DNA of 64,000 nucleotides from Octopus sinensis (taxonomy: Eukaryota). The position numbers and the translations under genes were made by a program. Of the stretch, positions 52,666 to 64,000 are shown piece after piece. The stretch's first letter is position 1, and each line of letters begins with the position of its first letter. The notes beneath the pieces are model-generated. The model saw only the letters and a program-made list of their open reading frames with translations, made no database searches and was not told where the DNA came from. The DNA lies in contig NC_043001.1 of NCBI RefSeq assembly GCF_006345805.1, forward strand, positions 86,366,001-86,430,000, given 5' to 3'.

Positions 52666-54170
52666 GTAATTTTATCATTCATACCATTTTAATGACAAGC
52701 TCCTGTGGTCATGATAACGAAATATTTAAACTGAGATGACTTTAATATATACGTCTTGTTGAAATGAATTTGTTATGATTGTTTAAATTACAAAATCTAA
52801 AATTATATATTATAGGTTTTATGTTTTGTTTTTATCTTGCTTTGGGTTTTTTAGATTTTGTAAATGCGTCGGTTAATTCATAAAATACGATGAAAGTTTT
52901 TATGTGATATGTTTGATAAATTATCCAACATTCTGCTTTTAAACTTTTAAAATTCGTAATAAATGCACAAGATAACACGAAATTTCCGATATATAGATTT
53001 CAGAACATAATAAGCATAAATTTATTCATATATATAATATCTAGAAAATTACATTATTGTTTATATACTTTAAGCAACGTACAGTAACGTTTAAAGTATT
53101 ATCTATAAACCTCACCATAGCTACAATCACATCAGTGTACCACTGTTCTTCTCTACGCTTAGGGTATGATTGTCATAAGGACATCTTTGAATGTTCCTTT
53201 GGTTCATCTATGAAATCTTGTTGAAAGTCATAAGCAGAGATCATAGATATTATCACATTGTGTCTGGGTATAAATATATAACTGAAGAAAGCTACCAAAT
53301 AGATAGGCATGGCAACTTAAACCAGCTCAAGGGATCGTGGTTACAAACAGCAGGTTGCTTCTCTACAATACATAACCACTCTATCCACATCTCAACGATC
53401 TATCTCATCAAATTTATGTTCATCATATCAAACCTTGACAGTAGTAAAGTCTGACTAACGACTGAGAGATAAGCGACTTAATAGTATTGGAATAAAAAAT
53501 TGATGGTTTTCAATAATGTTAGATTCATAAATCCTCCTTCACAATTTCTTTATTTCTCCTCTATTTTTCTTTTATGACCATTGCGCTCCTTTCTTAATGA
53601 AACTTCTCTGAAGCGGAAAAGATGATGATAAGATATAACTGAATTATACTTCCTGCGCAATGTAGCAAAGACTAATTACGTAGTATATTCTAAAAATACA
53701 TAATACTGCATTAATCGTATTTTAGACTGATCCGGCAAACATTTTTAGAATAATCGCTATCTTAGTATGTAACATGTTGTACACCCAAAATAAGGAAATC
53801 TTGTTATTGTTAAGTCCTCAATCGAAACCAGCAAGGAAAACAAACAGGTCTATACAATTCAGTTATATATTGAAAAATAGGATAAAGTTTACAATGATGG
53901 CAGTACAGAGTTGATGCAAAATAAATGAATCAATAGTCAAATACTGGACAAAGTAACATAATCACCAGAGTCATGAGTCAAACAAGAAGATGTAGGTTCT
54001 TGATCACAGTGATTTCAATGTCGATGATGACGGTTGACGAATGGTCTTGGCTGCGAGCGTAGTTTTAAAAGCTATATAATCCAAAGTCTAAAATAATAAT
54101 TTCTCTGATCCGAGGGAAACAAACAGGAGGTAACTCTAAGGCATCACTTTTTTCTTTGAGATTAATTGGT

Positions 54171-54247
<77 letters not shown>

Positions 54248-54495
54248 CTTCACTGGTTCACAACCATTCAATGGGGTAAACATTTTCAATCCAAAGATAA
54301 CTAAAACTTTATTATTACAATATCATAATTAAGAAAAATACATTCTCATAACATTATATCTATGCAAGTATTTAAAAAATGGTGAAACCACTTTCTCTTC
54401 TAGTACAGTTTTCTTTATATTTTATTATTTCATGGCATAAATTATATTTTGAGATTAATCATTAGTTCAATTTTCATATTTCTCTTCCTTTGCAG

Positions 54496-54510
54496 AATAC
54501 CTTCCTTCGC
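54496..54510 (+). CDS. ITIH: Gene B microexon 9 (15 nt, EYLPS)
   Basis: Strong polypyrimidine acceptor tttctcttcctttgcag, donor gtaagt, phase 1-1. Confidence 0.55.
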
Positions 54511-55118
54511 GTAAGTATGTTCAAATTTGGATTGCTTGAAACTCGAATAATATTATTATCTCTTTCATTCATAAATCAATTTAAGTCATTTATAAAACAG
54601 ACAACTTATTTTATTTCAAGTTTGTAGCTTAAGATTTTTGCTTGTTCATCTTTATTTTGCTTTTTTGCATGTATTTTAGTTGTAACAGTCATGAAGCACA
54701 AGACCAGCTTTTATAGGGAAGTGGTATCGGAAAACCAACTAACTCTAGTGTATTAATGGAACTTATTATATCAAGCCGGTGGAGATATTAGATGAAGTTT
54801 ACACTATAGACTCGGTTGATAGCCAGATACAACCTTTTTTACATAGACCCACAAATCAGCAATGTAGGGAAACTGAAGTAAACCGTAAAAGACTAGTTCA
54901 TAACACTACGCATAATTTGCATAATTAAGGCTGTTATCAACTAAATTGAAGCTGTGCTTGTAGAGTTAAATTGTGAACAGGCATTCTGGGCCGAGGTCTT
55001 TCGGTAATTGTTCATAATTCTTTAAAGTCCACTGAAAGAGGTGACTGAAGCAACACCGTAGTCGAAGTCGAGAATTTCTCCAGTGTCAGCCATACACTCA
55101 TGTAACCCAGTAAGAATG

Positions 55119-55298
55119 AAAAGAAGAAGAAGAAGAAGAAGAAGAAGAAGAAGAAGAAGAAGAAGGAGGAGGAGGAGGAGGAGGAGGAGGAGAAGAAGAA
55201 GAAGAAGAAGAAGAAGAAGGAGGAGGAGGATAAGAAGAAGAAGAAGAAGAAATAGAAGAAGAAAAAGAACAACAACAACAACAACACTAACTACTACA

Positions 55299-55336
<38 letters not shown>
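55119..55336. repeat. Compound trinucleotide microsatellite (AAG/GAG/AAC/ACT)
   Basis: Successive repeat motifs differ by single-base steps. Confidence 0.95.
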
Positions 55337-55412
55337 AAGAATGTCTTTGTCCTAGTTGTCAGGAAGACATTTGGCAAGGATTAGAAAGAAAATTGTAATA
55401 AGAAAATCCATC

Positions 55413-55443
<31 letters not shown>

Positions 55444-55444
<1 letters not shown>

Positions 55445-55580
55445 TCTTTCTACTAAAGGCACAAGGCCTGAAATGTAGGGGAGGGGACTAGTCGATTACA
55501 TAGACCTCAGTGCTTCACTGATACTTAATTTATCGACCCCAAAAGGATGAAAGGTAAAGTCGAATTCGGCAGAATTTGAA
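55444..55580 (-). mobile_element. SINE family Y fragment between (AAT)n tracts
   Basis: TTTCTACTAAAGGCACAAGG...ATCGACCCCAAAAGGATGAAAGG core. Confidence 0.7.
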
Positions 55581-55608
55581 TCGTAATAATAATACTTAAT
55601 AATTTTTC

Positions 55609-55651
<43 letters not shown>

Positions 55652-55762
55652 GGAAAGCCATAGAAACATTAATATGGGCCAGTTTAGCAACGGGGAAAAT
55701 AACTCTCAAAGAATGGAACATCTACAATACCTCGTGAGTATTTGAAATTCTCTTCAAAGTGG

Positions 55763-56650
55763 GTTAAGAAATTTACAAATTTACATATCTGCAGCTTTCA
55801 AACATACATCCGATCGGCTTTAAAAACTTTAATACCCACAACTGCCTCTGTAAGCACCCTTTTTTTTTTCTTCTCTCTAAAAACATCACGCTTTTCTTTT
55901 TGTGGACTTGCAAAACCCTAAAACTTTCTATGAAAATCTGACTTTTCTTTGCTTCCTCCCAGAATATTCAAATATAAATGTAAACATATACTTTTTATTG
56001 CAAAAACACACCTGTTCTTCTAACTGGACATACAAACATCTCTAGAGGGGTCAACTTCAACCTCCACAATATTACCTTGCACGAAATATACAAACACTTT
56101 TTATTGCAATAACACAAACGCACATGGAAAAAATAATGATGCTAAGATTCTCTCTGGTCGAACACAGCTTTCTATTCACAAATAATACAGAACAGCCCTT
56201 CAAAATAAGTTAAGAAAATTTACAAATTTACATATCTACAGTTTTCAATCATACATTCGACCAGCTTTAAAAACTTTGATACCCACAATTGCCTCTGTAA
56301 ACATCCTTTTTTTTTCTTCTCTCTAAAAACATCACGCTTTTCTTTTTGTGGACTTACAAAACCCTAAAACTTTCTATGAAAATCTGATTTTTCTTTGCTT
56401 CCTCCCTGAATATTCAGATATAAATATAAACATATACTTTTTATTGTAAAAACACACCTGTTCTTCTAACTGGACATACAAACATCTCTAGAAAAGTCAA
56501 CTTCAACCTCCACAATATTACCTTACACGAAATATACAAACACTTTTTATTGCAATAACACAAACGCACATGGAAAAAAAATGATGATGCTAAGATTCTC
56601 TCTGCTCAAACACAACTTCTCTATTCACAAACAATACAGAACAGCCCTTC
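55763..56650. repeat. Tandem duplication of a unit of about 440 bp
   Basis: 55763-56201 aligns with 56209-56650 with scattered substitutions. Confidence 0.9.
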
Positions 56651-57276
56651 CTTAATTTTTCTTAAGCCTAATAGTAGTAAACATCTGAACTTTTTTTGAC
56701 CGATAGGACCCCACCTAAAAAATTTTTTTAAATAAATAAAAAAAAATAAAATAAAAAAAAATATCACTGATGGTGATGGTGATGATGGTGGTGATGATAA
56801 TAATGATAGTAACAGTGCTGATAATCTATCTATCTATCTACACACACACACACTCAAAGAGTTCAACCAACACAAAACCTCACCTCGGCTCTATTGTTAA
56901 CCAAATATGAAAGTATTATTTGACAGGCAAGAACTCTGGCATTGAAGACAGTCAGCCAGCCAACCACCAAGCCAGCCAACGAGACAGACATACACTACTG
57001 TGATGGTGATGATGATAAAAAATAACAATAATAAGATACTGCTGTGACTACACATAAAACAATATCATTGATGATGATGATGGTGATGGTGATGATGATA
57101 ATGATGATGGTAATGGTGGTGATAATGATGATAGTGATAATAATGGTGATGATAATAACAATAATAAGCCGACTACGGCTGCTATAATGGTACGGTTATA
57201 ATTGTAACGGCAATGATGGCCGTCTCCCCACGAGCCAATCAAAGCTAAAAAATGATAACATTATCGTAGCACCAAA

Positions 57277-58927
57277 ATGTTTTTGGAAACTAAAAGGAAA
57301 ACTAAATCAGTATACCAAATCGCTTGTCCTATGGTTAATCTGGAAGCGCGTCCCCCAGGGAAGAGCCAGCCTGGGATCGAAAAGTCATCAACTGGCACAA
57401 ACTCTTCTCCGAATACGGACATGGATGGTCACTTGAACGGGAAATCCCCCAACTCGAGCCCTCCAAGTTCACCACCACAACCACCACAGAAAGAAAAACG
57501 TAAGCGGAACAAATGGACCCGAGAAGAGTATAAAGAAGTAATATACGCCTATTACTATGCATTATGTAGGCCATCTCAAGAGAGACACACCGCAAACTCT
57601 TACAGTATATGGAGAACACGGAATCAAGGCAGTAGGCCCTATTTGGACGAGAACAAATTAGCAAATGTGAGGAGGGATATCCTTAGAAATAACAGACTCA
57701 CAGACAGTGAAATAAGCGCGATCAAGCACGCAACGGAAAATGACATAACTATAAGACACAAAGGAAATGAAGAATCAGATGAACAGTATAGCCCGCCACG
57801 AGGCTTAATTGAAAGACTGCCATCTGACCAAAGTACGCAAAGGCCTGAAGATACAAGAAATTCTATTGTACCTGTTAAAGATAGCCAGGAAAACGAAAAA
57901 ACAACAGTAACTGAAGATCTCGCATTTGCTGAAGAACACAGAGAGTCTATGGCAGAAATGAGGCAGAAAATCCTGAATACGCTTGAAGTTGTAAGACATA
58001 CAAGTATGAATGATAGAGAACCACTTCATAAACTCTCAAATACAAACCAAAATAAAAAACAAATCCAAATTGGCAACTATGTAACAAATGAAATAATACG
58101 AGAATTAAAACCTGATTTTACTGAGTTAAATGAAATTATTTACGCTTCTGCTAGGGCAATTGAAACCAGCTGTATGCCCCCGAAAAAAACAAAGAAAACA
58201 AAACCTGGGAAGAAATCAAACCTGGAGAAGTAAAATTGAAAAAGAGATTGAATTTATGAGAGGGGAAATATCAATATTAAATTAACTAATATGTGGAAAT
58301 GATGTAAGATCCAGAACAGGAAGAAAGATGAAGAGAAAATTTGGATCCTCACCAAGAGAAGAACTGATATCAATAAAAGAAACGCTGAAACAAAAAGTCC
58401 AAGCGAAAGCCCAAAGAATACGAAGATTTGAGAAGAGAAACAAGTTTTACAAGCAAAATAAGCTGTTCACATCCAATGCCAAAAAATTCTACAGAGAAAT
58501 AGGGAAGGAGAAAGTAACCGTTAAAGACCCCCCTCCCATGGAAGAAGTTCAAAACTTTTGGAAAAGGATTTGGAGTGACAAGAAGATGTACAACATAAAT
58601 GCAGACTGGATTATACAAACTGAAGGATCCTACCAAAATTTACAACAACAAGCATGGGAAGACATCACAATAGCAGACCTAAGAAAGGCATTCACGAAGG
58701 CCCATAATTGGAAATCCCCCGGTAAAGATAGGGTGCCGAATTTCTGGCTCGCATCGCTCCCATGCGCACACGGTAAGCTAGTTCAGCTGCTCAATGGAAT
58801 TATGAGAGACCCAAAGAAAACACCTGAATGGTTAGCAAGTGGCATTACTTACCTACTCCCAAAGAATAACGAAACCAACCTTCCAAAAAACTATCGGCCT
58901 ATAACCACGTATATCCACCACGTATAA
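57277..58927 (+). pseudogene. N-terminal part of the retrotransposon ORF (Myb-like region and pre-RT), broken by a frameshift near 58220, a TAA near 58283 and a frameshift near 58910
   Basis: KRKRNKWTREEYKEVIYAYY, then a shifted frame WRSKIEKEIEFMRGEISILN*, then LKQKVQAKAQRIRRF, WKSPGKDRVPNFW and NYRPIT. Confidence 0.8.
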
Positions 58928-58967
58928 AATCCTAACATCTATCCTGGCGGAGAAAACATATGCATTC

Positions 58968-60965
58968 ATGGAGAAGAACGATATTTTCCCCATTGAACAA
59001 AAAGGGTGCCGCCGAGGCTCTTACGGATGCAAAGATCAACTGCTAATCAATCGTATGATCCTTGAGAACTGTCACAACAAGCGCAGAAATCTCAGCACCG
59101 CATGGATTGACTATAAAAAGGCCTTCGACAGTATACCGCATCCATGGATCTTGAGATCGCTGGACATCTTCAAAATTTCCCCTGTGATTTCAAACTTCCT
59201 GAAGCACAATATGTCGTTGTGGAATACGAATCTCCAATTATACCACTCTAATGGAGTACTTGCCTCAGAAAATATAAACATCAACTGTGGAATTTTTCAA
59301 GGTGACTCACTTTCACCTTTAATATTCTGCATAGCCCTAATACCCCTTACAAGTGAATTAAACAGAACAGGGTATGGGTATAAAATTGCCAATAAAAAAA
59401 TAAGCCATCTATTTTATATGGATGACTTAAAACTTTATGGTAAAGACAATAATGAACTTGAAGGCCTATTGCGCACCGTGAAAGCATTCAGCGATGACAT
59501 CGGGATGGAGTTTGGACTTGAGAAGTGTGCCAAGGCCACTTTCCAGAAAAGGAAAGTGAAGACCACAAATTCAGTCGTGTTAGATGTTGACACAGTCATA
59601 AGAGAGCTTGAGCAAGAAAAAACATACAAATATTTAGGGATAAATGAAGGCTCTGGTATTCAGCATGCAAGCATGAAAGAGAAGATCAGGAAGGAATGTT
59701 ATAGGAGAGTTCGTGCAGTCCTGAAATCTGAACTAAATGCACGTAACAAGGTGTTAGCTATAAATTCCTTAGCAGTTCCAGTTGTTACTTATAGCTACAA
59801 TGTGTTGAACTGGAATATGAGTGAAGTAAAGAATATAGATAGGAAAATACGCAAGCTGCTGAGTTGTAATAGGATGCACCACCCAAAGGCAGACGTAGAT
59901 CGCCTTTACCTTCCCAGAGCCCAAGGAGGTCGAGGCCTGATCCAATTTGAACTAGCTTACAAAACAACAATTGGACTGGCCAAATATCTCGAAATATCGA
60001 ATGACTGGATGCTAAAGCTCGTGGAAAATCACGAGAGACGAAAGAAGCTTCATTCTATTATAAAGGAAAGCAAAAATTTTGCTATTGATCTCGTGCAGGA
60101 TACCCAAACTGAACAACCCGAGGGAAGTATGGCAACTATTGTTGCAAAGAAGGTGAAAATGATGGCAACGAAAAAAGCGCACAAGCAATTGGCTGATATG
60201 TGGGAGGAGAAATCTCTGCACGGCAAATATGTGACCCGCAGCAAACAAGCTGATGTTGACCAGAAGCAAACCCATCAGTGGCTACGGAGCTCAGGGCTAA
60301 AAGCAGAGAGCAAAGGTTTCATCCTGGCTGCTCAAGATCAAAGCCTATTAACCCGGAACTACCAGGCCAATGTGATGAAAAATGGAGCAGACCCAAAATG
60401 CCGATTCTGCAACGACATGATTGAAACAGTGGACCACCTAATCTCTGGATGTAAAGTCTTAGCACCAGTGGAGTATAAATTAAGACATGACAGAGTTGGC
60501 CAATATCTCCACTGGCTAATAAGTCGGCATTACAATATCAAAACTGCCGACAAGTGGTATAATCACCACCCTGAGGTTGTAACTGAAGGAGAAAATGTAA
60601 CCATTCTGTGGGACTTTCCAGTACATACAGACCGAACCATCAAGGCCAATAAACCAGATATTGTTGTGAAAGACCAAAACAATAAAGTTTGCTTATTGAT
60701 CGACATGAGCATCCCCTGTGATCATAATATCTCAGCGAAAGTGTTTGACAAGCTCAGAAAATATAAAGACCTACTCATTGAAATTGAGAAAATGTGGCAT
60801 CTCAAGGCGGTTACAATACCAGTGATCGTAGGAGCACTAGGAATGATCAAGAAGGGAACCGAAAATTATATGAGAATGATCCCTGGCTTACCATCCCTGC
60901 AAGAAGTGCAAAAGATTGTCTTAACTGGTACATCACACGTATTGAGAAGAGCATTGTCGATGTGA
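58968..60965 (+). CDS. Intact 665-codon RT-RLE portion of the retrotransposon ORF
   Basis: EQKGCRRGSYGCKDQL, AWIDYKKAFDSIPH, GIFQGDSLSPL, HLFYMDDLKLY and YKYLG, then C-terminal RLE motifs. Confidence 0.92.
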   Translation: MEKNDIFPIEQKGCRRGSYGCKDQLLINRMILENCHNKRRNLSTAWIDYKKAFDSIPHPWILRSLDIFKISPVISNFLKHNMSLWNTNLQLYHSNGVLASENININCGIFQGDSLSPLIFCIALIPLTSELNRTGYGYKIANKKISHLFYMDDLKLYGKDNNELEGLLRTVKAFSDDIGMEFGLEKCAKATFQKRKVKTTNSVVLDVDTVIRELEQEKTYKYLGINEGSGIQHASMKEKIRKECYRRVRAVLKSELNARNKVLAINSLAVPVVTYSYNVLNWNMSEVKNIDRKIRKLLSCNRMHHPKADVDRLYLPRAQGGRGLIQFELAYKTTIGLAKYLEISNDWMLKLVENHERRKKLHSIIKESKNFAIDLVQDTQTEQPEGSMATIVAKKVKMMATKKAHKQLADMWEEKSLHGKYVTRSKQADVDQKQTHQWLRSSGLKAESKGFILAAQDQSLLTRNYQANVMKNGADPKCRFCNDMIETVDHLISGCKVLAPVEYKLRHDRVGQYLHWLISRHYNIKTADKWYNHHPEVVTEGENVTILWDFPVHTDRTIKANKPDIVVKDQNNKVCLLIDMSIPCDHNISAKVFDKLRKYKDLLIEIEKMWHLKAVTIPVIVGALGMIKKGTENYMRMIPGLPSLQEVQKIVLTGTSHVLRRALSM

Positions 60966-61714
60966 GAACTGTTGCTGCTCATGTATTTTAATTTAAGCTA
61001 AAAAAAAACATTTTTTTTTAAATTAACGAACTATTGAGTTTGGTTTAATGGCCTACCAATGTATACTATGAGTTTCTTTGCCCTAGGAGTCGGGAAGACA
61101 CTCGGCAAGAAATGGAAGCAAATTTGAAAGAAGAAAAATAAAACAATAATAATAATAATAATAATAATAATATTGATAGTAATAATAATAATGATGATAA
61201 TGAACCAAATGAGAGTGATTAGGAGGAAGGGATACTTAACTAGAGTAGAAATATCTCGGATTAGTGAGAGTCTGAGGGACCTGTGGATGGGCTACAAAAT
61301 ATGGTCGGAGTTGAAAACAGTGAAAAGAGTAGAAGGAAGAGGGGAATGCTGATGGGGCTGTTAAGGATGAAGAACAGGAATGTTATACGGTGAACCCTGA
61401 TACTGTGGAGGGTGGACTTGTAGGGGAAATGAACCAAATAGATAATGAATTGCTTGAAATTCAAAAACGGCCCATCGAGTTGAAGAGTGCTTCAAAAGAA
61501 AAGATCCTCATGAATATGTGAAGGGTAGATAGGAGTATGATAAATAAAGTAACACAAACGATAAATACTGTCATACCATACATCAAGACGGAGGGCATAA
61601 CACAAGCTATTGCGCTACTTGTTGAAGAGAAATTACAATTTAAGAGAACAAAAATGGTGGAGCAAAAGAACCAAGGTGGAAACGACGCATTGAAAGGGAC
61701 ATAATGACTTAGTG

Positions 61715-62035
61715 GCTGACAATAAGTGCATCTCTGGTCAGGAGCAGAGGTAGTGGAGGAGCATCATAACCATGTGTTGAGAGGACTTCTTTGGGGTTTG
61801 AATAATCCATCTCTGGAAACATAAGTGTTATGGTCATCATCTTTAAACAAACCTTATTCAGGAACCTTTTGAGTGGGGTGGACTACTCGATCTGAAGAAA
61901 ATTCTAACTGCAAGGTCATGCGTTGTTTATCTTGATATGAGATCACATTTTCGTGCACATATGGCCGTGATGCATGTGCCTGATGTACCCTTATCATACG
62001 GGTAGTCATGATGGGTCTATTGGGCTTCGTACAAT
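61715..62035 (-). mobile_element. Diverged partial inverted copy of the repeat at 47723-48250
   Basis: Reverse-complement similarity, for example GTTTATCTTGATATGAGATCAC and GTACCCTTATCA.ACG.GTAGTCATGA. Confidence 0.7.
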
Positions 62036-62610
62036 ATCCAGCAGTTTAGTTTTTATTTCCCTATGTACATTGACAAATCCCAACAATGAATGACAACAAA
62101 TACAAAACTTTATATCAAAATTCTATTATATTTAGAAGAAACCCAAGCCAAAAAAACAAACCTCTATGAGGTCGAATTGTTTGCAAAAATTTGTGTCGAA
62201 TTGTCTGCAAAATATTGTGTCGAATTTGCCAAATTCACACGATATTTCTTTCAAATGTAGGTATAATGTTTTCGTAGAATATCGCGTAATATTGGCTTTT
62301 TTTTTACTTAAATCAGAGAATATAGCACCGTAGAAATAAGTTCCAGTTTGAAGTACATAGACATACTCGACGGAATTTCATTCTTAAAAGAATAGCTGAG
62401 TAATACGTAATACCTAATCTATCTCTTCTGGTAAAATAATTAGATACAGTTGATCAGGAGGCTCATCTGCAATAATCAGGGATCTTTAATCCTAAACCAA
62501 CTATACAATATTGTTTATATGTAATGATTATTCTTCAAATATATGTGAAAATAATTATTTATATATTTCGCATTTTCATATCCCTATAATATGTTTATTG
62601 CTTTTTTCAG

Positions 62611-62625
62611 GATTTGAGAATCAAG
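62611..62625 (+). CDS. ITIH: Gene B microexon 10 (15 nt, RFENQ)
   Basis: Acceptor ttgcttttttcag, donor CAAG|gtaagt, phase 1-1, in frame with microexon 9. Confidence 0.55.
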
Positions 62626-62739
62626 GTAAGTAGATAATTATTTCATAATATATTTAAATTCATAATGCTGCATTTAATTTTTAAAATTCATCAAAATTTA
62701 TAAGTAAACAAGCCTGATTATGGGGTTAACAAACTCGCT

Positions 62740-63078
62740 ATGCAACCGCGTAGTGAGACTGAACAATTTTTCGGGTTCAGCCCCACTGCACGGTACCTTG
62801 TGCAAGTGTCTTCTACTATAGTCCCAGGTCGGTCAATGCCATGTCAGTGAATTAGATAGAAGGAAACTCTAAAAATATGTCTTTCTATCTGCATTTGTCC
62901 CCACCACAGCTTGACAACCAGTATTGTTTTCTTTTCATCCCTGTAACTTAGTCGTTTGGCAAAAGGGTCGATAGAATAAGTAGTAGACTTTAGAATAATC
63001 AATGGGATCAATTTGTATTTAATTCCTCTTTTAAGTCAGTGCTCCAGTACGGTTGGAATTCTATGAGTAAAACAAGTA
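62740..63078 (+). mobile_element. Decayed SINE family X
   Basis: GGGTTCAGCCCCACTGCACGGTACCTTGTGCAAGTGTCTTCTACTATAG head and decayed 3' part. Confidence 0.65.
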
Positions 63079-64000
63079 AAAGCCAAAATATGAATCAGCA
63101 TATACCAAAAGACACACTTGTATCTATGGCCCATTGAATAGAAATGAAGATTCTCTTGTCTTGGCTGAAATACAGCTGAAGATCTTTTTGTGAAAGATCT
63201 GCAATGGTTTTCTGAAATTTTTTAAACTTTCAAAGGGATCTCGAAGTCCTATCGTTTGAATAAAAGAATATATTTATAATTAAGTGAAATACATTTTAAT
63301 ATTTTACACGTGAAAAAAAGAAGGTGCCAAGCTGACAGAATCGTTTGCGCGCCAGTCAAAAATGTAATGAGTTATGAGCCCAAAATTTGGTCCCCCTTGT
63401 TCGGGTCTTTTCTCAACAACATCATAACTCCACGGGTCATGGCGTTGGGAATTCCCCCGTTCTCCTCCCAGCTGATGTAGACATGCATCACAACGAATGA
63501 GGCATCTGCACATGCACATGATGTTGCTACAAGCCTCTGAAATCGAGTTAACGCGTGCTGTAGGTATGCGTCAGGGCGGATGAACAGAGAATCCTTTTCA
63601 AAAATTTCCCTTTCCTCTCAGGATAATGTAGGTGAAGTTAAGTAGTTTGTGTCTTGTTGTAGAGCACTGATCTCCAGATAACAGTTGGGTCTTTGAAAAA
63701 AAGTGAAAAAACTCCTGCCTAATATTAGTCCCAGAAACTATGTCTCAATGGCCGCTCGGAATGAGTTATTATGTATATGAATACAATAAAGCCAATCTTT
63801 ATTCTGAAGATTATTTAGTCAAGATGGAACGATTGTGTTCATCTTCTGGCAAAATAGTAAAACGCAGTTGCTCAGAAAATTCTAAATAATTGTATCTGAC
63901 ACCACTCTTTTATTTAGTTATTTATTTATTGTTATAACAATAACAAAAAACAAAAGCCAGAAAAAATTTTTGTTGCAGTGTCCATCCTCGCCAGTCACCT

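Larger units (their letters stand above)
57170..61170 (+). mobile_element. Near-complete R4/Dong-clade non-LTR retrotransposon (RT + CCHC + restriction-like endonuclease)
   Basis: Single interrupted ORF; FYMDD; CRFC..HLISGC; RHD; KPDIVV..LLIDMSIP..K..KY; 3' UTR stem-loop at 61074-61111; (AAT)n tail. The 5' boundary is approximate. Confidence 0.9.

Noticed and set aside
61200-61480. Purine-rich segment resembling the N-terminus of another R4-like ORF (IRRKGYLT..EI)
   Set aside because: One short motif and many stops.
63165-63210. CTGAAGA...GAA-AGATCT
   Set aside because: The cleavage-site base would be G, with no stem I and no stem II; likely chance.
63304-63519. Cys-rich minus-strand ORF
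   Set aside because: Insufficient similarity to piggyBac or any other domain.

Overview
This is AT-rich, repeat-dense eukaryotic genomic DNA, most likely from a coleoid cephalopod such as Octopus. That assignment is an inference from the tRNA-derived SINE families and the microsatellite load. Most entries in the ORF track are microsatellite or transposon noise. The real host content is two spliced, plus-strand genes of the inter-alpha-trypsin inhibitor heavy chain (ITIH) family. Gene A contributes its last four coding exons (1548-9353), covering the Pro-rich linker and the ITI-HC C-terminal domain. Gene B starts at 20972 and runs off the right edge, encoding signal peptide, VIT, vWA and linker. 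Gene B carries a frame-preserving tandem duplication of its four-exon VIT module. Exon 3 of that module has diverged almost only at replacement sites, while other tracts are nearly identical. Gene B also has a MIDAS Asp-to-Asn change and two 15-nt microexons. The introns hold many Tc1/mariner relics and MITEs, CR1/L2 and RTE fragments, several SINE families, fold-back elements and a nearly complete R4/Dong-type non-LTR retrotransposon with RT and a restriction-like endonuclease. At least seven decayed hammerhead-ribozyme motifs of the Penelope type are scattered through the window. One of them (50221-50281) has its three strands in a non-circularly permuted, pseudoknotted order and is the most unusual signal found. 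No CRISPR array, rRNA or bona fide tRNA gene is supported. All alignments, translations and counts were done by eye.
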